Shown: positions 20,801 through 29,915 of the stretch, piece by piece
How the letters are laid out: each line of letters starts with the position of its first letter
Numbering within the stretch: the stretch's first letter is position 1
From: Comamonadaceae bacterium
GTDB lineage: Bacteria; Pseudomonadota; Gammaproteobacteria; Burkholderiales; Burkholderiaceae_C
NCBI GenBank assembly: GCA_947487355.1
Contig: CANKXC010000001.1
Coordinates: 1 to 42,515 of the forward strand
DNA length: 42,515 bases
Direction: 5' to 3'
Program-made: the position numbers and the translations under genes
Notes under the pieces: model-generated
What the model saw: the letters and a program-made list of their open reading frames with translations, nothing else
Databases searched by the model: none
Told to the model about the DNA's origin: nothing

Positions 20801-21432
20801 CAAGCATTGATGATTTGATTGCTCATCGAATTGCGTTTTTAACTGACTATCAAAACAAAGAATATGCCAAAACATATGAAGATTTTGTATTGACCGTTAA
20901 AGCCAAAGAGTCTTTGTTAGGACAAACCACCCTCACTGAAACAGTTGCCAAACAATTGTTTAAATTGATGGCCTACAAAGATGAATATGAAGTGGCTCGA
21001 CTTCATACCGATAAACAGTTCCTAGAACGCGTTAAAACCCAGTTTGAAGGCGATTTCAAAGTTTTCTACCACCTAGCCCCTCCCTTGCTGGCAAAACGCA
21101 ATGAGAAGGGCCAGCTCATCAAACAGAAAATGAGCCCTTACATGCTCTTGGCTTTCAAGGCTTTGTCTAAATTGAAGTTTTTAAGAGGCACGTCTCTTGA
21201 CTTGTTTGGTCGCACCGAAGAAAGACAAACAGAACGTGCTTTGATTCAAGAATACAAAGACACTGTTCAAGAATTGCTAGTTTCTTTGAATGCACAAAAC
21301 CATTCGATGGCAGTCAATGTGGCCAAAGTCCCAGAACAAATCAAAGGTTTTGGCCATGTGAAAGAGAGACACATTGAAGCGGCCATGATTCAGTGGCAAA
21401 ACACCTTGGATCTTTTTAGAAAATCAATTTAA
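17881..21432 (+). CDS. Indolepyruvate ferredoxin oxidoreductase family protein (fused alpha/beta)
   Basis: SGYRGSPLGG, WYGKGPGVDR, FCSGCPHN, GDGTYFHSG (TPP binding), CEGCGDC and CLKGFCPSF Fe-S motifs, GVGGTGV, GLAQKGG, KLMAYKDEYEVARL. Confidence 0.94.
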   Translation: MNAPLPEHLRQALANVTLDDKYTLQHGMAFMSGVQALVRLPMLQQERDALAGKKTAALISGYRGSPLGGYDQALWKAKPHLEKHNIVFQPGVNEELAATALWGTQQMGFAPPGSAKFDGVFGIWYGKGPGVDRCSDVFKHANMAGTTPWGGVLAVAGDDHVAKSSTAAHQSDHIFKACGLPVFFPASVQEVLDLGVHAIALSRFAGVWSGMKTIQEIVESSATVDIEADRVKIVLPEFEMPAGGVHIRWPDAALDQEARLFDYKWYAALAYIRANKLNHNVIEGPNDRFGIMASGKAYNDTRQALLDLGLDVATCQRLGIRVHKVSVVWPLEAQTTREFAQGLKEILVVEEKRQIIEYQLKEELYNLPDHLRPRIVGKFDELEGDESGGEWSIPNPISHRLLRANADLTPTLIAKALAKRLQKLNLPADVVAKIEAQLGIIEAKERAQNSLVLNPAADRMPWFCSGCPHNTSTKVPEGSRAMAGIGCHFMSLWMDRSTTGFTQMGGEGTPWIGQQHFSHENHVFANIGDGTYFHSGILAIRQSIAAGINITYKILYNDAVAMTGGQRVGERAEGHSVVQISQSMRAEGAVVIKVVTDEPEKYNGIALAEGVMVHHRDELDAIQRQLREIKGCTVIIYDQTCATEKRRRRKRGTMVDPAVRVMINELVCEGCGDCGVQSNCLSVEPLETELGRKRTINQNTCNKDTSCLKGFCPSFITVEGGQLKKKSKGQKFDATRLPVLPQPVIPNLSSHAAYGIVVAGVGGTGVITIGQLLGMAAHLDGLGVVTQDSAGLAQKGGATWSHVLLAQHQDHIQTTRVSMAAADLILGCDPIVSAGKETLSRMLQGRTHVALNSHSTPTAAFVKNTQWLNPAESCAAEIANTVGLEGLASFDADKMSTLLMGDTIYINPMILGYAWQKGWVPLSLEALQRAIELNEVAVANNLAAFEWGRHAAHQMSALEALTSPSQVIEFKKRTSIDDLIAHRIAFLTDYQNKEYAKTYEDFVLTVKAKESLLGQTTLTETVAKQLFKLMAYKDEYEVARLHTDKQFLERVKTQFEGDFKVFYHLAPPLLAKRNEKGQLIKQKMSPYMLLAFKALSKLKFLRGTSLDLFGRTEERQTERALIQEYKDTVQELLVSLNAQNHSMAVNVAKVPEQIKGFGHVKERHIEAAMIQWQNTLDLFRKSI

Positions 21433-21684
21433 TTTCCAAACTGACTTTGTCTTTGTATTCTTCTTTTATATAGATTAATACATAGTAGTAGTAGATAAGG
21501 AGAGGCTTGTTCTGTGGACAAGTCTCTTTTTTCTTTATAGATCAACAAATTGGATACTTTTGAAGGATGTGCAAGGTGGTGCGTCCGAGGTGTATCCAAA
21601 AAGTGAACAAGTTTTGAAATGCTAGAAATCTGTGGATAACTCTGTAGTTATCCTTGAATTTTCCACACACTTGTTACTTGACAA
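21433..21684. other. oriC: Putative chromosomal replication origin (oriC)
   Basis: AT-rich tract to about 21482; (TAG)4 at 21483-21494; DnaA boxes TGTGGACAA 21513-21521, TGTGGATAA 21631-21639 (perfect), TTTTCCACA 21659-21667, plus weaker GTATCCAAA 21592-21600, AGTGAACAA 21602-21610 and TTATCCTTG 21648-21656; IHF-like gATCAAcaaaTTG 21540-21552; lies between convergent genes and near mnmG/parAB/parS. Confidence 0.85.
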
Positions 21685-22179
21685 TCAATGCCGCTTTAAG
21701 AATTTCTGAGTGTGTGTATCAAACACTTTTTGTTGTGCAGGTGTCAATGCGCCATAAAAGGTTTTGCTGGCGTTCATGCGCTTTGTAATTTCTGCATCGC
21801 GTTCTGCTTTGATCGCCATCATCTTGTCAATTCTTTCAGGTGTTGACATCTTTTCCATGTCGGCTGGAACGGCTGCCATGTGTCGTTTCATGGGCGGTTT
21901 CATCACAGTTTCAAATGCCGTCCATGCTGCTTCTTGAGAGGGTTGTAATTGAAGAAAAACCTTCAATTCACTCAAGTGCTTTTGGTGACGTTCGGCACGA
22001 TGTGCCTCTCGTTTTGGATCGTTCATCATGGCATGGCCACCGTGCATACCTTGCATGTGGTGGGGGTTCATCCCCATTGGGCCAGGTGTTTGCGCAAGAG
22101 CAGTCAAGGAAAAACCAGCAGACGTAACGATCATTGAGGTCAACAATGCGCTGCGAAATGAGTTGTGAACTTTGGACAT
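21685..22179 (-). CDS. Spy/CpxP family periplasmic chaperone (LTXXQ motif)
   Basis: Signal peptide ending ALA, His/Met-rich linker, LQLQPSQ..AW, TPERIDKM, FYGALTPAQQKVFD; SD AAAGGA before the ATG at 22179. Confidence 0.85.
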   Translation of the reverse strand: MSKVHNSFRSALLTSMIVTSAGFSLTALAQTPGPMGMNPHHMQGMHGGHAMMNDPKREAHRAERHQKHLSELKVFLQLQPSQEAAWTAFETVMKPPMKRHMAAVPADMEKMSTPERIDKMMAIKAERDAEITKRMNASKTFYGALTPAQQKVFDTHTQKFLKRH

Positions 22180-22234
22180 CAGGATTCCTTTCATTGAAAA
22201 GGACAGTTTGGCTTTCCTATGTGTCTGTATCTTT

Positions 22235-23125
22235 CTACGATTGTGATGAATTGTAAAGACCGGCCCTGAAATCATCGACAGCTTGCATCAGTTCTTCCCG
22301 AGTGTTCATGACAAATGGACCATACTGGGCAATAGGTTCGTTAAGTGGTTTGCCAGCAATTAAAAGCAGTTGACTCCCTGCGCTTGCAGCAATTTCAACA
22401 CCTGTACCCTCGTTCTGAAGAATGGCCATTCGATGAATGCCAACACTGGTTTCTTGATGGTCACTGATCACCTTGGCACTGCCACGATAAACATAAAGAA
22501 ACGCATTGTGTTCAGGCAAAAGGGGTTGTTGAAAACGTGCAGCCTGATCAAAATGAATGTCCAAATAAAGCGTTTGTGTGGGAAACAATTCAGCCGGTCG
22601 GTTTACTGCGCCACTGACGCCATGCGCTTCTCCAGCAATGACACGCAACTTGATACCTGATTGCAAAGATAGCTCGGGAATTTTGTCGCTTTGAATGTCT
22701 TGATATGCAGGCGCACACATTTTTTGGTGTGAGGGTAAATTGAGCCATAACTGAAATCCTTCCATCACACCTTCTTCTTGTTCGGGCATTTCGCTGTGAA
22801 CAACGCCGCGGCCTGCAGTCATCCATTGCACCCCGCCGTTTTGCAACAAGCCTTCGTTGCCTGCGCTGTCTTTGTGCCGCATGCGGCCTGCAATCATGTA
22901 AGTGATGGTTTCAAAACCGCGGTGTGGGTGATCTGGAAAACCGCCGCCGTAATCGTTGGGGTCATCGCTGCCAAAGTTATCCAGCATCAGGAATGGATCT
23001 AGGCGGCGTTGATGTGCTTGCGTTAGAACGCGTGTCAGTTTGACGCCATCACCATCCCGTGTGGCTTGGCCAATGACTTGTTGTTCGACACGACGACCTT
23101 GAAATTTGGTATTGGATTGATTCAT
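22235..23125 (-). CDS. Pirin family protein
   Basis: LDPFLMLD, FPDHPHRGFETITY, WMTAGRGVVHSE, FQLWLNLP, GPFVMNT. Confidence 0.95.
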   Translation of the reverse strand: MNQSNTKFQGRRVEQQVIGQATRDGDGVKLTRVLTQAHQRRLDPFLMLDNFGSDDPNDYGGGFPDHPHRGFETITYMIAGRMRHKDSAGNEGLLQNGGVQWMTAGRGVVHSEMPEQEEGVMEGFQLWLNLPSHQKMCAPAYQDIQSDKIPELSLQSGIKLRVIAGEAHGVSGAVNRPAELFPTQTLYLDIHFDQAARFQQPLLPEHNAFLYVYRGSAKVISDHQETSVGIHRMAILQNEGTGVEIAASAGSQLLLIAGKPLNEPIAQYGPFVMNTREELMQAVDDFRAGLYNSSQS

Positions 23126-23149
23126 GAGTTTGAATTTAGATGGAATTTC

Positions 23150-23163
23150 TTGATCTACGTCAT
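23150..23163 (+). promoter_or_regulatory. Possible FNR/CRP-family box (TTGAT-ctac-GTCAT)
   Basis: 8/10 match to TTGAT-N4-ATCAA in the pirin/hemerythrin divergent gap. Confidence 0.45.
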
Positions 23164-23242
23164 TTTCTGAAAATTTAAATGTCTTCAGACTATGTTCTAT
23201 AGAAGCATTGACCTGTTCAGTGTATTCAGAAAGTCACAAAAC

Positions 23243-23821
23243 ATGAAAAAAAGAAGCCTTCAAATTATTCGCGATGAGCATGCATCATTGGCGGCCATGC
23301 TGCGCTCGATGAGCCAGATGGTTGAAAGAGGCCCAGCCGAAGATGCGCGTCTGTTTTTTGAAGTCATGCGCGCCATGCTTTTCTACATTGATGAATTTCC
23401 TGAACAGTTACACCATCCCAAAGAGTCCAATTTACTGTTCCCTAAGGTGGTCAAAAAAGCACCAGAAATTATGGGCGCCGTAGATCGTCTTGAACGAGAT
23501 CACATGCACAGTGAGAGGGCTGTGCGCGACTTGTTGCATTTGTTGTTGGCTTGGGAGCTGTTAGGCACAACTCGCAGGGCTGCTTTTATGGACGCATTTG
23601 GCCCCTATGTCGAGTCTTATTTAGAACACATGAGAATGGAAGAGTTGGTGGTTTTGCCAGCCGCTGAATCTGCCTTGAGTGACGAGGATTGGACCGCCTT
23701 GGATTTGGCATTTGATCAAAATGCAGACCCCCTGACGGGCAAGCACGCACCAAGCGCAGAGTATGAAAAACTATTCACGAGAATTGTTTCAACTGCGCCG
23801 GCCCCCATCGGTTTGGGCTAA
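23243..23821 (+). CDS. Hemerythrin domain-containing protein
   Basis: EHASL, YIDEFPEQLHHPKE, LERDH, EHMRMEE metal-ligand pattern; start chosen at MKKRS. Confidence 0.9.
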   Translation: MKKRSLQIIRDEHASLAAMLRSMSQMVERGPAEDARLFFEVMRAMLFYIDEFPEQLHHPKESNLLFPKVVKKAPEIMGAVDRLERDHMHSERAVRDLLHLLLAWELLGTTRRAAFMDAFGPYVESYLEHMRMEELVVLPAAESALSDEDWTALDLAFDQNADPLTGKHAPSAEYEKLFTRIVSTAPAPIGLG

Positions 23822-23839
23822 AAAGGCGCAGGCATTGTT

Positions 23840-24964
23840 TTATGCCGCACTTAGAAATGGGTAATCGGTGTAACCTTTTTCAAGCCCACCATAAAAGGTG
23901 CTGCGATCAGGCTCGTTGAAGGGGCCGTTTTGATTTAAGCGCAGACCCAGATCTGGGTTGGCAATGAACGGCTTGCCAAACGCGATCAAATCTGCACCAT
24001 CGGCCAAAGACTGATTGGCCAGTTCTAGGGAATAAGCATTGTTCAGCATCCATGCGCCCGTTCCCCCTGCATCAACATAGGCGGCCTTCAGTGCGGCATA
24101 GTCAAAGGCTTGTGCACCTTGATAAAAGTCGCGCGCTGCGCCGGTTGCGCCTTCAATGGTGTGAACGTAAGCCAAGTTCAAAGTTCCCAAAAACTGCGCC
24201 ACATGTTCAAACAATACCTGTGGCTCTGGGTCTGCGGCATCATTGACCGGCGTCACGGGTGAAATTCGGATGGCGCATTTGGGTCCCCCAATTTCTTCAC
24301 AGACCGCGTGCATGACTTCTTTTAAAAATCGCGTGCGTTTTTCAACGCTACCGCCATAAGCGTCGGTTCGCAAGTTGCTACCCGTACGCAAAAACTGGTC
24401 AATGAGATAGCCATTGGCCGCATGAACTTCAACACCATCGAAATCTGCTGCAATGGCATTGCGTGCCGCCGTTTTGTAATCGTCCACAATGCCTGGAATC
24501 TCATCGATAGAAAGAGCACGCGGCTCAGACGTGGCCATAAAACTTGGCTCGCCATCGATCAGTTGGACTGTTTTTGTTTTTGCAATGAGCGCAGAAGGTG
24601 CGACAGGCGCTTGACCGCCAGGCTGAAAACAATGATGAGAAACCCGGCCCACATGCCAAAGCTGCATGACAATTTTTCCGCCTTGCGCGTGAACCGCGGC
24701 AGTGACGGGCTTCCATGCGTCGATCTGCGCCTGCGACCAGATGCCAGGCACATCCACATACCCTTGGCCTTGGTGGCTGATGGCGGTTGCTTCGGTGATG
24801 ATGAGGCCCGCGCCCGTTGCAGGGTTGGCGCGTTGCGCATAGTATTCAGTCATGAGGGCATTGGCCAATGCATGAGGTGCTCTGTTGCGAGTCAGTGGTG
24901 CCATCACAATGCGTGAGGCGAGTTGAAGGTCGCCCGCTTGGCAAGGTTCAAATAAAGTTTTCAT
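23840..24964 (-). CDS. nemA: Alkene reductase, old yellow enzyme (NemA-like)
   Basis: MAPLTRNRA, EYYAQRA, QLWHVGRVSH, EVHAANGYLIDQF, R.D.YGGS, FIANPDL, FYGG..GYTDYP. Confidence 0.92.
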   Translation of the reverse strand: MKTLFEPCQAGDLQLASRIVMAPLTRNRAPHALANALMTEYYAQRANPATGAGLIITEATAISHQGQGYVDVPGIWSQAQIDAWKPVTAAVHAQGGKIVMQLWHVGRVSHHCFQPGGQAPVAPSALIAKTKTVQLIDGEPSFMATSEPRALSIDEIPGIVDDYKTAARNAIAADFDGVEVHAANGYLIDQFLRTGSNLRTDAYGGSVEKRTRFLKEVMHAVCEEIGGPKCAIRISPVTPVNDAADPEPQVLFEHVAQFLGTLNLAYVHTIEGATGAARDFYQGAQAFDYAALKAAYVDAGGTGAWMLNNAYSLELANQSLADGADLIAFGKPFIANPDLGLRLNQNGPFNEPDRSTFYGGLEKGYTDYPFLSAA

Positions 24965-26192
24965 GACTCAAAATATCCGATGGATGACAGCCCTGGGCTT
25001 GTCTGTTTGTATTTCAATGGCCGCCGCGGTTTCTTTGGGAATGACGCGGTTTGCCTATGCGCTCTTGTTGCCACCGATGCGTGACGATTTGTTGTGGAGC
25101 TACACCTTAGCAGGTGCCATGAACACTTTCAATGCGGTCGGTTATTTGGTTGGCGCTTTGTTGACGCCTATGGCGCTTCGCCGTTTGGGTGCCGTTCGTG
25201 TTTTGATTTGGGGCGCCTTGTTTGCCACCCTCTTCATGGCCTTGACGGGGTTTTTAATAGACACCTCTGCCTTGTTGTTGCAGCGCTTTTTGGCGGGTGT
25301 TGCCAGCGCTGCCGTGTTTGTCTCTGGTGGCTTGCTTGCGGCCAGACTAGGCGCTCAAACGCCTTCTCAGTCGGGCTTGTTGCTGGGTATTTATTACGGC
25401 GGTACAGGCTGGGGCATTGTTTTGTCGGCGCTGATGGTGCCTGCTGCATTAAGTTGGGCGCAAGCACAGGGTGTCAATCACCCTTGGTCTTGGGCGTGGT
25501 GGACTTTGGCGGGACTCTGTTTGATGTTGACTATTTTGCTGATTGTCATTCGCTTGCCTTTGAATCGATGGGCACCAGATGCGCCGCTATCAACGATGGC
25601 TTCGACCAAATCACAGCCAACGGGTCAAGCCTTGCGCCAATGGTTTTTTGCGTTGCTGGGCTATGGGTGTTTTGGTGTGGGGTACATTGGTTACATGACC
25701 TTTGTGGTCGCCTTGTTGCGTGAGCAAGGTGCAACACCGACAGACGTCACCATGTTTTATGGGCTCTTGGGCATTGCCGTCGTCGTTTCGTCCAGGGTCT
25801 GGGCGGGTTTGTTGAATCGCTATCGTGGCGGTCAAGCGCTTTCCATCTTGAACGGCTTGTTAAGTGTGGCCACCCTCATTCCTGCCATGACTTCTGCATG
25901 GCCATTGATGATGTTGTCGGGCTTGATTTTTGGCGTGGTCTTTTTGTCCTTGGTTGCTTCAACCACGGCCATGGTCAAACATAACTTGCCACCAGAACAA
26001 TGGGCCTCTGGCATCAGTGTGTTCACGGTTATTTTTGCGCTGGGCCAAATTGTGGGGCCCGTGGTGGTGGGGTGGATTGCCGATGGCGAGGGCGGATTGC
26101 AAAGGGGCTTGTTATTTTCTGCGCTGGCCTTGCTCTTGGGGTCTTACTTTGCGTGGCAACAAAAACCCTTGACTGAAAAACCAAGTCCTTAA
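24963..26192 (+). CDS. YbfB/YjiJ family MFS transporter
   Basis: G.TRFAYALLLPPMR, NT.NA.GYL.GAL, GYIGYMTF, FALGQIVGP; 12 TM pattern. Start may instead be 24984. Confidence 0.88.
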   Translation: MTQNIRWMTALGLSVCISMAAAVSLGMTRFAYALLLPPMRDDLLWSYTLAGAMNTFNAVGYLVGALLTPMALRRLGAVRVLIWGALFATLFMALTGFLIDTSALLLQRFLAGVASAAVFVSGGLLAARLGAQTPSQSGLLLGIYYGGTGWGIVLSALMVPAALSWAQAQGVNHPWSWAWWTLAGLCLMLTILLIVIRLPLNRWAPDAPLSTMASTKSQPTGQALRQWFFALLGYGCFGVGYIGYMTFVVALLREQGATPTDVTMFYGLLGIAVVVSSRVWAGLLNRYRGGQALSILNGLLSVATLIPAMTSAWPLMMLSGLIFGVVFLSLVASTTAMVKHNLPPEQWASGISVFTVIFALGQIVGPVVVGWIADGEGGLQRGLLFSALALLLGSYFAWQQKPLTEKPSP

Positions 26193-26228
26193 GCAAGTCA
26201 GTCAGGGGCCTGCTGTGGCGCAATGTTT

Positions 26229-27014
26229 TTAAACATCGTAGCCAGGATTTTCACGGCCCAGTTTTCGCAACAATGACGGCCACACAAAAGCGCCGCCAAG
26301 GCCACCGGTCTGTACCTTCATGGCGTGTGCCACACCATTCAATATTTGAGGATTGACTTGAATGAGATCGCTGGCCTGTGTTTGCCCAGACAAAGCGTCC
26401 AGTTGAATTTTGCAAGTGCTTTCAAAAATGTACATTTGCAAAAAGGCGTCGGCAATGGTTTTTCCTGCGGTGAGTAAACCGTGGTTGCGAAGCATCAAAT
26501 AATTGGCGTCGCCAAGATTGGTTTTCAGTCGCGCCTTTTCTTCATCGCGTATGGCGACCCCCTCATAGTCGTGATAAGCCAGCGAACTCAAAACAAAAGT
26601 GCTTTGTTGGCTGATGCTCAAAACACCGTGTTTTTGGGCGCTGACAGCAACGCCTGCGCGCGTGTGCGTGTGCAAAACGCAGCCAATTTCGGGCCGCGCT
26701 TCGTGTACGGCGCTGTGAATCACAAAGCCCGCAGGGTTAACGGGGTGTACATTTTCAAGGTCTAGCTTTTGACATGCCATGTCGACCTTCACTAAGCTGG
26801 ACGCTGTTATTTCATCAAACATCAAACCATAGGGGTTGATCAAGAATTGATGGTCTTCGCCAGCCACAGAAGCGGGCAACTTTGCACTGATGTGCGTGAA
26901 GACCAAATCGCTCCAACCGTACAGCGCGACCAATCGATAACAAGCGGCCAAACTTACGCGGAGTGCCCATTCGTCGGGATGAAATTGGGCGGGGCTTGGC
27001 GGCGTTGTTTTCAT
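26229..27014 (-). CDS. Class II aldolase/adducin family protein
   Basis: [38 protein letters not shown]; SD AGGA before the ATG at 27014. Confidence 0.92.
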   Translation of the reverse strand: MKTTPPSPAQFHPDEWALRVSLAACYRLVALYGWSDLVFTHISAKLPASVAGEDHQFLINPYGLMFDEITASSLVKVDMACQKLDLENVHPVNPAGFVIHSAVHEARPEIGCVLHTHTRAGVAVSAQKHGVLSISQQSTFVLSSLAYHDYEGVAIRDEEKARLKTNLGDANYLMLRNHGLLTAGKTIADAFLQMYIFESTCKIQLDALSGQTQASDLIQVNPQILNGVAHAMKVQTGGLGGAFVWPSLLRKLGRENPGYDV

Positions 27015-27176
27015 GGCTTTTCCTGGTCGAAGGTCCAAAGTGCTAGCTTAGCGCGAGCACGCATTGACCGTGGGTCGCGCACGGCACACTCGATGCAGAT
27101 AAAATCAAACCCCTTAGGCCACAGGCCTCCTGCGGCGCGGGCAGCGCCGGCCTTTTGGTCATGGACTGGTGAATAC

Positions 27177-29201
27177 ATGCTTTACCCACAAGAATTTGAT
27201 GTGATCGTTGTTGGCGGTGGCCATGCAGGCACGGAGGCGGCATTGGCATCCGCGCGCATGGGTTGTAAAACGCTTTTGCTTTCTCACAACATCGAAACCT
27301 TGGGACAGATGAGCTGCAACCCTTCCATTGGTGGAATCGGCAAAGGGCATTTGGTGAAAGAGGTGGATGCCTTGGGCGGCGCCATGGCCATTGCAACCGA
27401 TGAGGGCGGCATTCAATTTCGCATTTTGAACAGCTCCAAGGGCCCTGCCGTGCGAGCAACGCGGGCTCAGGCAGACCGTATTTTGTACAAGGCCGCCATT
27501 CGACACCGCCTGGAAAATCAAGAAAACTTGTGGCTTTTTCAGCAAGCTGTCGATGATCTCATGGTTGAGTCCAACGGAACAAAAGACCGCGTGGTGGGGG
27601 CTGTGACGCAAGTGGGTGTTCGCTTCCGTTCAAAAACGGTGGTGTTAACCGCGGGTACATTCTTGGATGGCAAGATTCACGTTGGCCTAGAAAACTATTC
27701 CGCGGGTCGTGCTGGCGATCCGCCTGCTGTTAGTTTGTCAGCTCGATTGAAAGAGCTGAAGTTGCCGCAAGGGCGTCTCAAAACTGGTACGCCGCCCAGA
27801 CTGGATGGGCGCACCATTGACTTCAGCAAATGCTTTGAGCAGCCTGGTGATGGCATGCCTGGCGGCTTGAATGAGGCCGCGGGTGTTCCTGTATTCAGCT
27901 TCATGGGGCGTGCTGAAATGCACCCTGCGCAAATGCCTTGCTGGATTACGCATACCAACGAGCGCACGCACGAAATCATTCGTTCGGGCTTTGACCGCAG
28001 CCCCATGTTCACCGGAAAAATAGAGGGTGTAGGCCCCAGGTATTGCCCCAGTGTTGAAGACAAGATCAACCGTTTTGCGGACAAAGACAGCCATCAGATT
28101 TTTCTGGAGCCAGAGGGCTTAACGACGCACGAGTTTTATCCCAACGGCATATCAACCAGCCTGCCATTTGATATTCAGTATGAGTTGGTTCGCTCAATGA
28201 AGGGCCTCGAGAATGCGCATATTTTGAGACCAGGCTATGCCATTGAGTACGACTACTTTGATCCTCGCTCACTCAAGAGTACTTTTGAGACGCGTCAAAT
28301 TGGCGGCTTGTTCTTTGCCGGCCAAATCAATGGCACAACAGGTTATGAAGAGGCCGCGGCACAAGGCTTGTTTGCCGGCATCAATGCAGCTTTGCAATGC
28401 CGCGCATTGTTGGGGCAGGGCAATGACATGGGCGGTGCTTGGTTGCCAACCCGTGACCAAGCGTATTTGGGTGTTTTGGTAGACGACCTCATTACCAAGG
28501 GCGTGACTGAGCCGTATCGAATGTTTACCAGCAGGGCGGAGTTTCGCTTGCAGTTGCGAGAGGACAACGCAGACATGAGGTTGACTGAACTTGGTCGCCA
28601 AATGGGATTGGTTGATGACGCGCGTTGGACTTCTTTTTGCACCAAACGTGAAGCTGTTTCACGTGAAACAGAGCGCCTGAAGTCGACTTGGGTCAACCCG
28701 CGCAACCTTCCATCTGCCGAGTCGGAGAGGGTGCTTGGCAAAGCCATTGAACATGAGCACAATTTGTTTGATTTACTTCGCAGGCCCAATGTTGGCTATG
28801 AAAGCTTGATGACCCTCGATGCTGGACGTTTTGTTGCTGATGCTGTTTCACGTGAAACACTGGGCGTTTTGTCCGCGGCTGTCATCGAGCAAGTTGAAAT
28901 TGCAGCCAAGTATTCTGGTTACATTGACCGTCAAAAGATTGAGGTCGAGAGGGCGGCGCATTTTGAGAATCTGAAGCTACCTGCCAAATTAGACTATCTA
29001 CAGGTGGCCTCCTTGTCTATCGAGGCGCGGCAAAAACTGGACAAGCATCGTCCAGAAACCTTGGGCATGGCCTCCCGCATTTCTGGCATTACGCCTGCCA
29101 CCATTTCCCTGTTGCTGATTCACCTGAAAAGAGGTGGTTTCAGAGAGTTTATGGCGGTCAAGCCTGAATTGCTTGAGGGCGTCGAAAGCCTGACTTCATG
29201 A
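27177..29201 (+). CDS. mnmG: tRNA uridine-5-carboxymethylaminomethyl(34) synthesis enzyme MnmG (GidA)
   Basis: [66 protein letters not shown]; start at MLYPQEFD. Confidence 0.98.
   Translation: MLYPQEFDVIVVGGGHAGTEAALASARMGCKTLLLSHNIETLGQMSCNPSIGGIGKGHLVKEVDALGGAMAIATDEGGIQFRILNSSKGPAVRATRAQADRILYKAAIRHRLENQENLWLFQQAVDDLMVESNGTKDRVVGAVTQVGVRFRSKTVVLTAGTFLDGKIHVGLENYSAGRAGDPPAVSLSARLKELKLPQGRLKTGTPPRLDGRTIDFSKCFEQPGDGMPGGLNEAAGVPVFSFMGRAEMHPAQMPCWITHTNERTHEIIRSGFDRSPMFTGKIEGVGPRYCPSVEDKINRFADKDSHQIFLEPEGLTTHEFYPNGISTSLPFDIQYELVRSMKGLENAHILRPGYAIEYDYFDPRSLKSTFETRQIGGLFFAGQINGTTGYEEAAAQGLFAGINAALQCRALLGQGNDMGGAWLPTRDQAYLGVLVDDLITKGVTEPYRMFTSRAEFRLQLREDNADMRLTELGRQMGLVDDARWTSFCTKREAVSRETERLKSTWVNPRNLPSAESERVLGKAIEHEHNLFDLLRRPNVGYESLMTLDAGRFVADAVSRETLGVLSAAVIEQVEIAAKYSGYIDRQKIEVERAAHFENLKLPAKLDYLQVASLSIEARQKLDKHRPETLGMASRISGITPATISLLLIHLKRGGFREFMAVKPELLEGVESLTS
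28655..28670. other. parS: parS site (TGTTTCACGTGAAACA)
   Basis: Perfect 16-bp consensus palindrome inside mnmG. Confidence 0.93.
28844..28859. other. parS: parS site (TGTTTCACGTGAAACA)
   Basis: Second perfect 16-bp palindrome inside mnmG. Confidence 0.93.
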
Positions 29202-29860
29202 GTTTGAATTTGGCGCACGATCTTGCATCGGGCATTTCTGCCTTGGGCTTGTCGGTTGATGGTCCTGCCCAGCAGCAGCTTTTGGATTACATGGCCTTGA
29301 TCCAAAAGTGGAACAAGGTCTACAACTTAACGGCCCTTCGTGAGCCTCAAGAAATACTAAGCCACCATTTGCTGGACAGTTTGTCTGCCATAGCGCCATT
29401 GATGCGCCAAGCGCAGCCGTTTGGAGAGGCTTTTTCATTCTTGGATGTGGGTTCTGGCGGTGGATTGCCTGGTGTGGTGATTGCCATTTGTTGTCCCAAT
29501 GTGGCGGTGACGTGTGTCGATGCGGTATCAAAAAAGGCCGCCTTTGTTCAGCAAGTGGCGGCCAGCCTGAGACTGAGCAATCTGAAGGGTGTTCATGCCA
29601 GGGTTGAAACACTCGAAGGCCCCTTTGACGTCATCGGTTCAAGGGCTTTTGCTTCATTGCCTGACTTTGTGACGTGGTCCGCGAGCGCACTGGGGGATAA
29701 GGGCATTTGGATGGCCATGAAAGGCAAGTTGCCAGAGGAAGAAATTTCGTCATTGCCATCCAATGCGCAAGTGTTTCACGTGGAACAACTCCATGTACCT
29801 GGTTTGAGTGCAGAGAGATGCATGATTTGGATGAAAAAATCCACACCTTTGACGGCATAG
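29198..29860 (+). CDS. rsmG: 16S rRNA (guanine(527)-N7)-methyltransferase RsmG (GidB)
   Basis: [38 protein letters not shown]; ATGA overlap with mnmG. Confidence 0.97.
   Translation: MSLNLAHDLASGISALGLSVDGPAQQQLLDYMALIQKWNKVYNLTALREPQEILSHHLLDSLSAIAPLMRQAQPFGEAFSFLDVGSGGGLPGVVIAICCPNVAVTCVDAVSKKAAFVQQVAASLRLSNLKGVHARVETLEGPFDVIGSRAFASLPDFVTWSASALGDKGIWMAMKGKLPEEEISSLPSNAQVFHVEQLHVPGLSAERCMIWMKKSTPLTA
29772..29787. other. parS: parS site (TGTTTCACGTGGAACA)
   Basis: 15/16 match to consensus, inside rsmG. Confidence 0.88.
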
Positions 29861-29915
29861 GCAAGTTGGAGTCAGCTTTCGCCCATTACACTTGGGCTAC
29901 ATAAGAAAGCCTCGC

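Noticed and set aside
21483-21494. (TAG)4 as a microsatellite or phase-variation tract
   Set aside because: Its position next to DnaA boxes and an AT-rich tract is better explained as DnaA-trios.
22197-22212. Third copy of the TetR-like operator before the Spy/CpxP gene (GGACAGTTT)
   Set aside because: Only one half-site matches; the TGAC arm and TAAAAT are missing.
23208-23224. TGACCTGTTCAGT as an operator copy before hemerythrin
   Set aside because: Spacing is off by one base and the flanks differ; too weak without a PWM scan.
25094-25723. 209-aa alternative-frame ORF in the MFS gene, and the many other nested or antisense ORFs
   Set aside because: No recognisable motifs or SDs; expected shadow ORFs of real genes.
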